From the NCBI GenBank assembly GCA_963848295.1, contig CAWKDB010000010.1, positions 1,216,001-1,280,000 on the forward strand: a stretch of DNA of 64,000 bases. Reading direction: 5' to 3'. The notes below the pieces were generated by a model. It saw only the letters and a program-made list of their open reading frames with translations, made no database searches and was not told where the DNA came from. A program made the position numbers and the translations under genes. Below are positions 63,489 to 64,000 of this stretch, piece by piece; position 1 is the first letter of the stretch; each line of letters starts with the position of its first letter. Origin of the DNA: an uncultured delta proteobacterium. GTDB taxonomy: Bacteria > Myxococcota_A > Polyangia > Haliangiales > Haliangiaceae.

Positions 63489-64000
63489 TGCCGAACGTCC
63501 TCGCATTCTGTGAATTCACCGGCACGGCGCTGCGCACGAGCGCGCTATCGAACCTCGCGTTCGCACGGCAAGCCGCGACCGCGCACGGCGGCGATGTCAT
63601 CGCGTTGCTCGTCGGTCACGGCGCCGCGGCCGCGGGCGCGACGGCCGCGAAGTACGCGCCGAAGGTGGTCACCGTCGAAGACCCCAAGCTCGAGCACTAC
63701 CTCGCCGAGACCTACGCGCCGATCGTCGCGCGGCTCGCGAAGGACCAAGGCGCTTCGGTCGTGTGTGCGACCGCGACCGCGCTCGGCAAGGACTTGCTGC
63801 CGCGCGTCGCCGCGTTGCTCGATGCCGGCATGGCGTCGGACGTCGCGAAGCTCGCGGCGAAGAACCAGTTCGTCCGGCCGATCCTCGCGGGCAACGCGTA
63901 CTCCACGGTCGAGATCGGAACGCCGATCATCTGCGTGACGCCGCGCCAGTCCGAGTTCGAGTCCGCCGCGGAGCTCGGCTCGGCGGGCAGCGTGACCGCG
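63488..64000 (+). CDS. etfA: Electron transfer flavoprotein alpha subunit, 3'-truncated by the window edge
   Basis: TGATG coupling; GKDLLPRVAALLD....SDV...FVRPILAGNA. Confidence 0.9.
   Translation, partial: MPNVLAFCEFTGTALRTSALSNLAFARQAATAHGGDVIALLVGHGAAAAGATAAKYAPKVVTVEDPKLEHYLAETYAPIVARLAKDQGASVVCATATALGKDLLPRVAALLDAGMASDVAKLAAKNQFVRPILAGNAYSTVEIGTPIICVTPRQSEFESAAELGSAGSVTA

Overview
High-GC bacterial chromosomal window. Gene content (TIGR04551-like outer-membrane proteins, Oar-like TonB receptor, FHA-GGDEF protein, PP2C, Ser/Thr kinase, many Cys-rich lipoproteins) points to a myxobacterium (Myxococcota); this is inferred, not database-checked. About 59 CDS are supportable: a MoxR/DUF58/vWA operon, nagZ, two tandem TIGR04551-like porins, a desaturase, radA, a GcvT-family dehydrogenase, Uma2, an Ig-lipoprotein/Oar-like/TPR cluster (lipoprotein split by a 1-nt frameshift), cinA-thpR-recA, fur, xseB-ispA, a lytic transglycosylase, bfd-bfr, a lipoprotein/lipase cluster, gdhA, rpmE-prfA and TetR-etfB-etfA. 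No rRNA, tRNA, CRISPR array, integrase or transposase was seen. The most notable signals are non-coding: a 28-bp repeat family in four pairs at gene 3' ends, a 180-bp element duplicated at 240-bp period, an inverted-repeat-bounded cassette, and three readable operators (an SOS box inside thpR, a Fur box at bfd, and a FadR/YsiA-type box over the TetR start). No clearly novel multi-gene system can be proven from the sequence alone. Start codons were chosen by eye.
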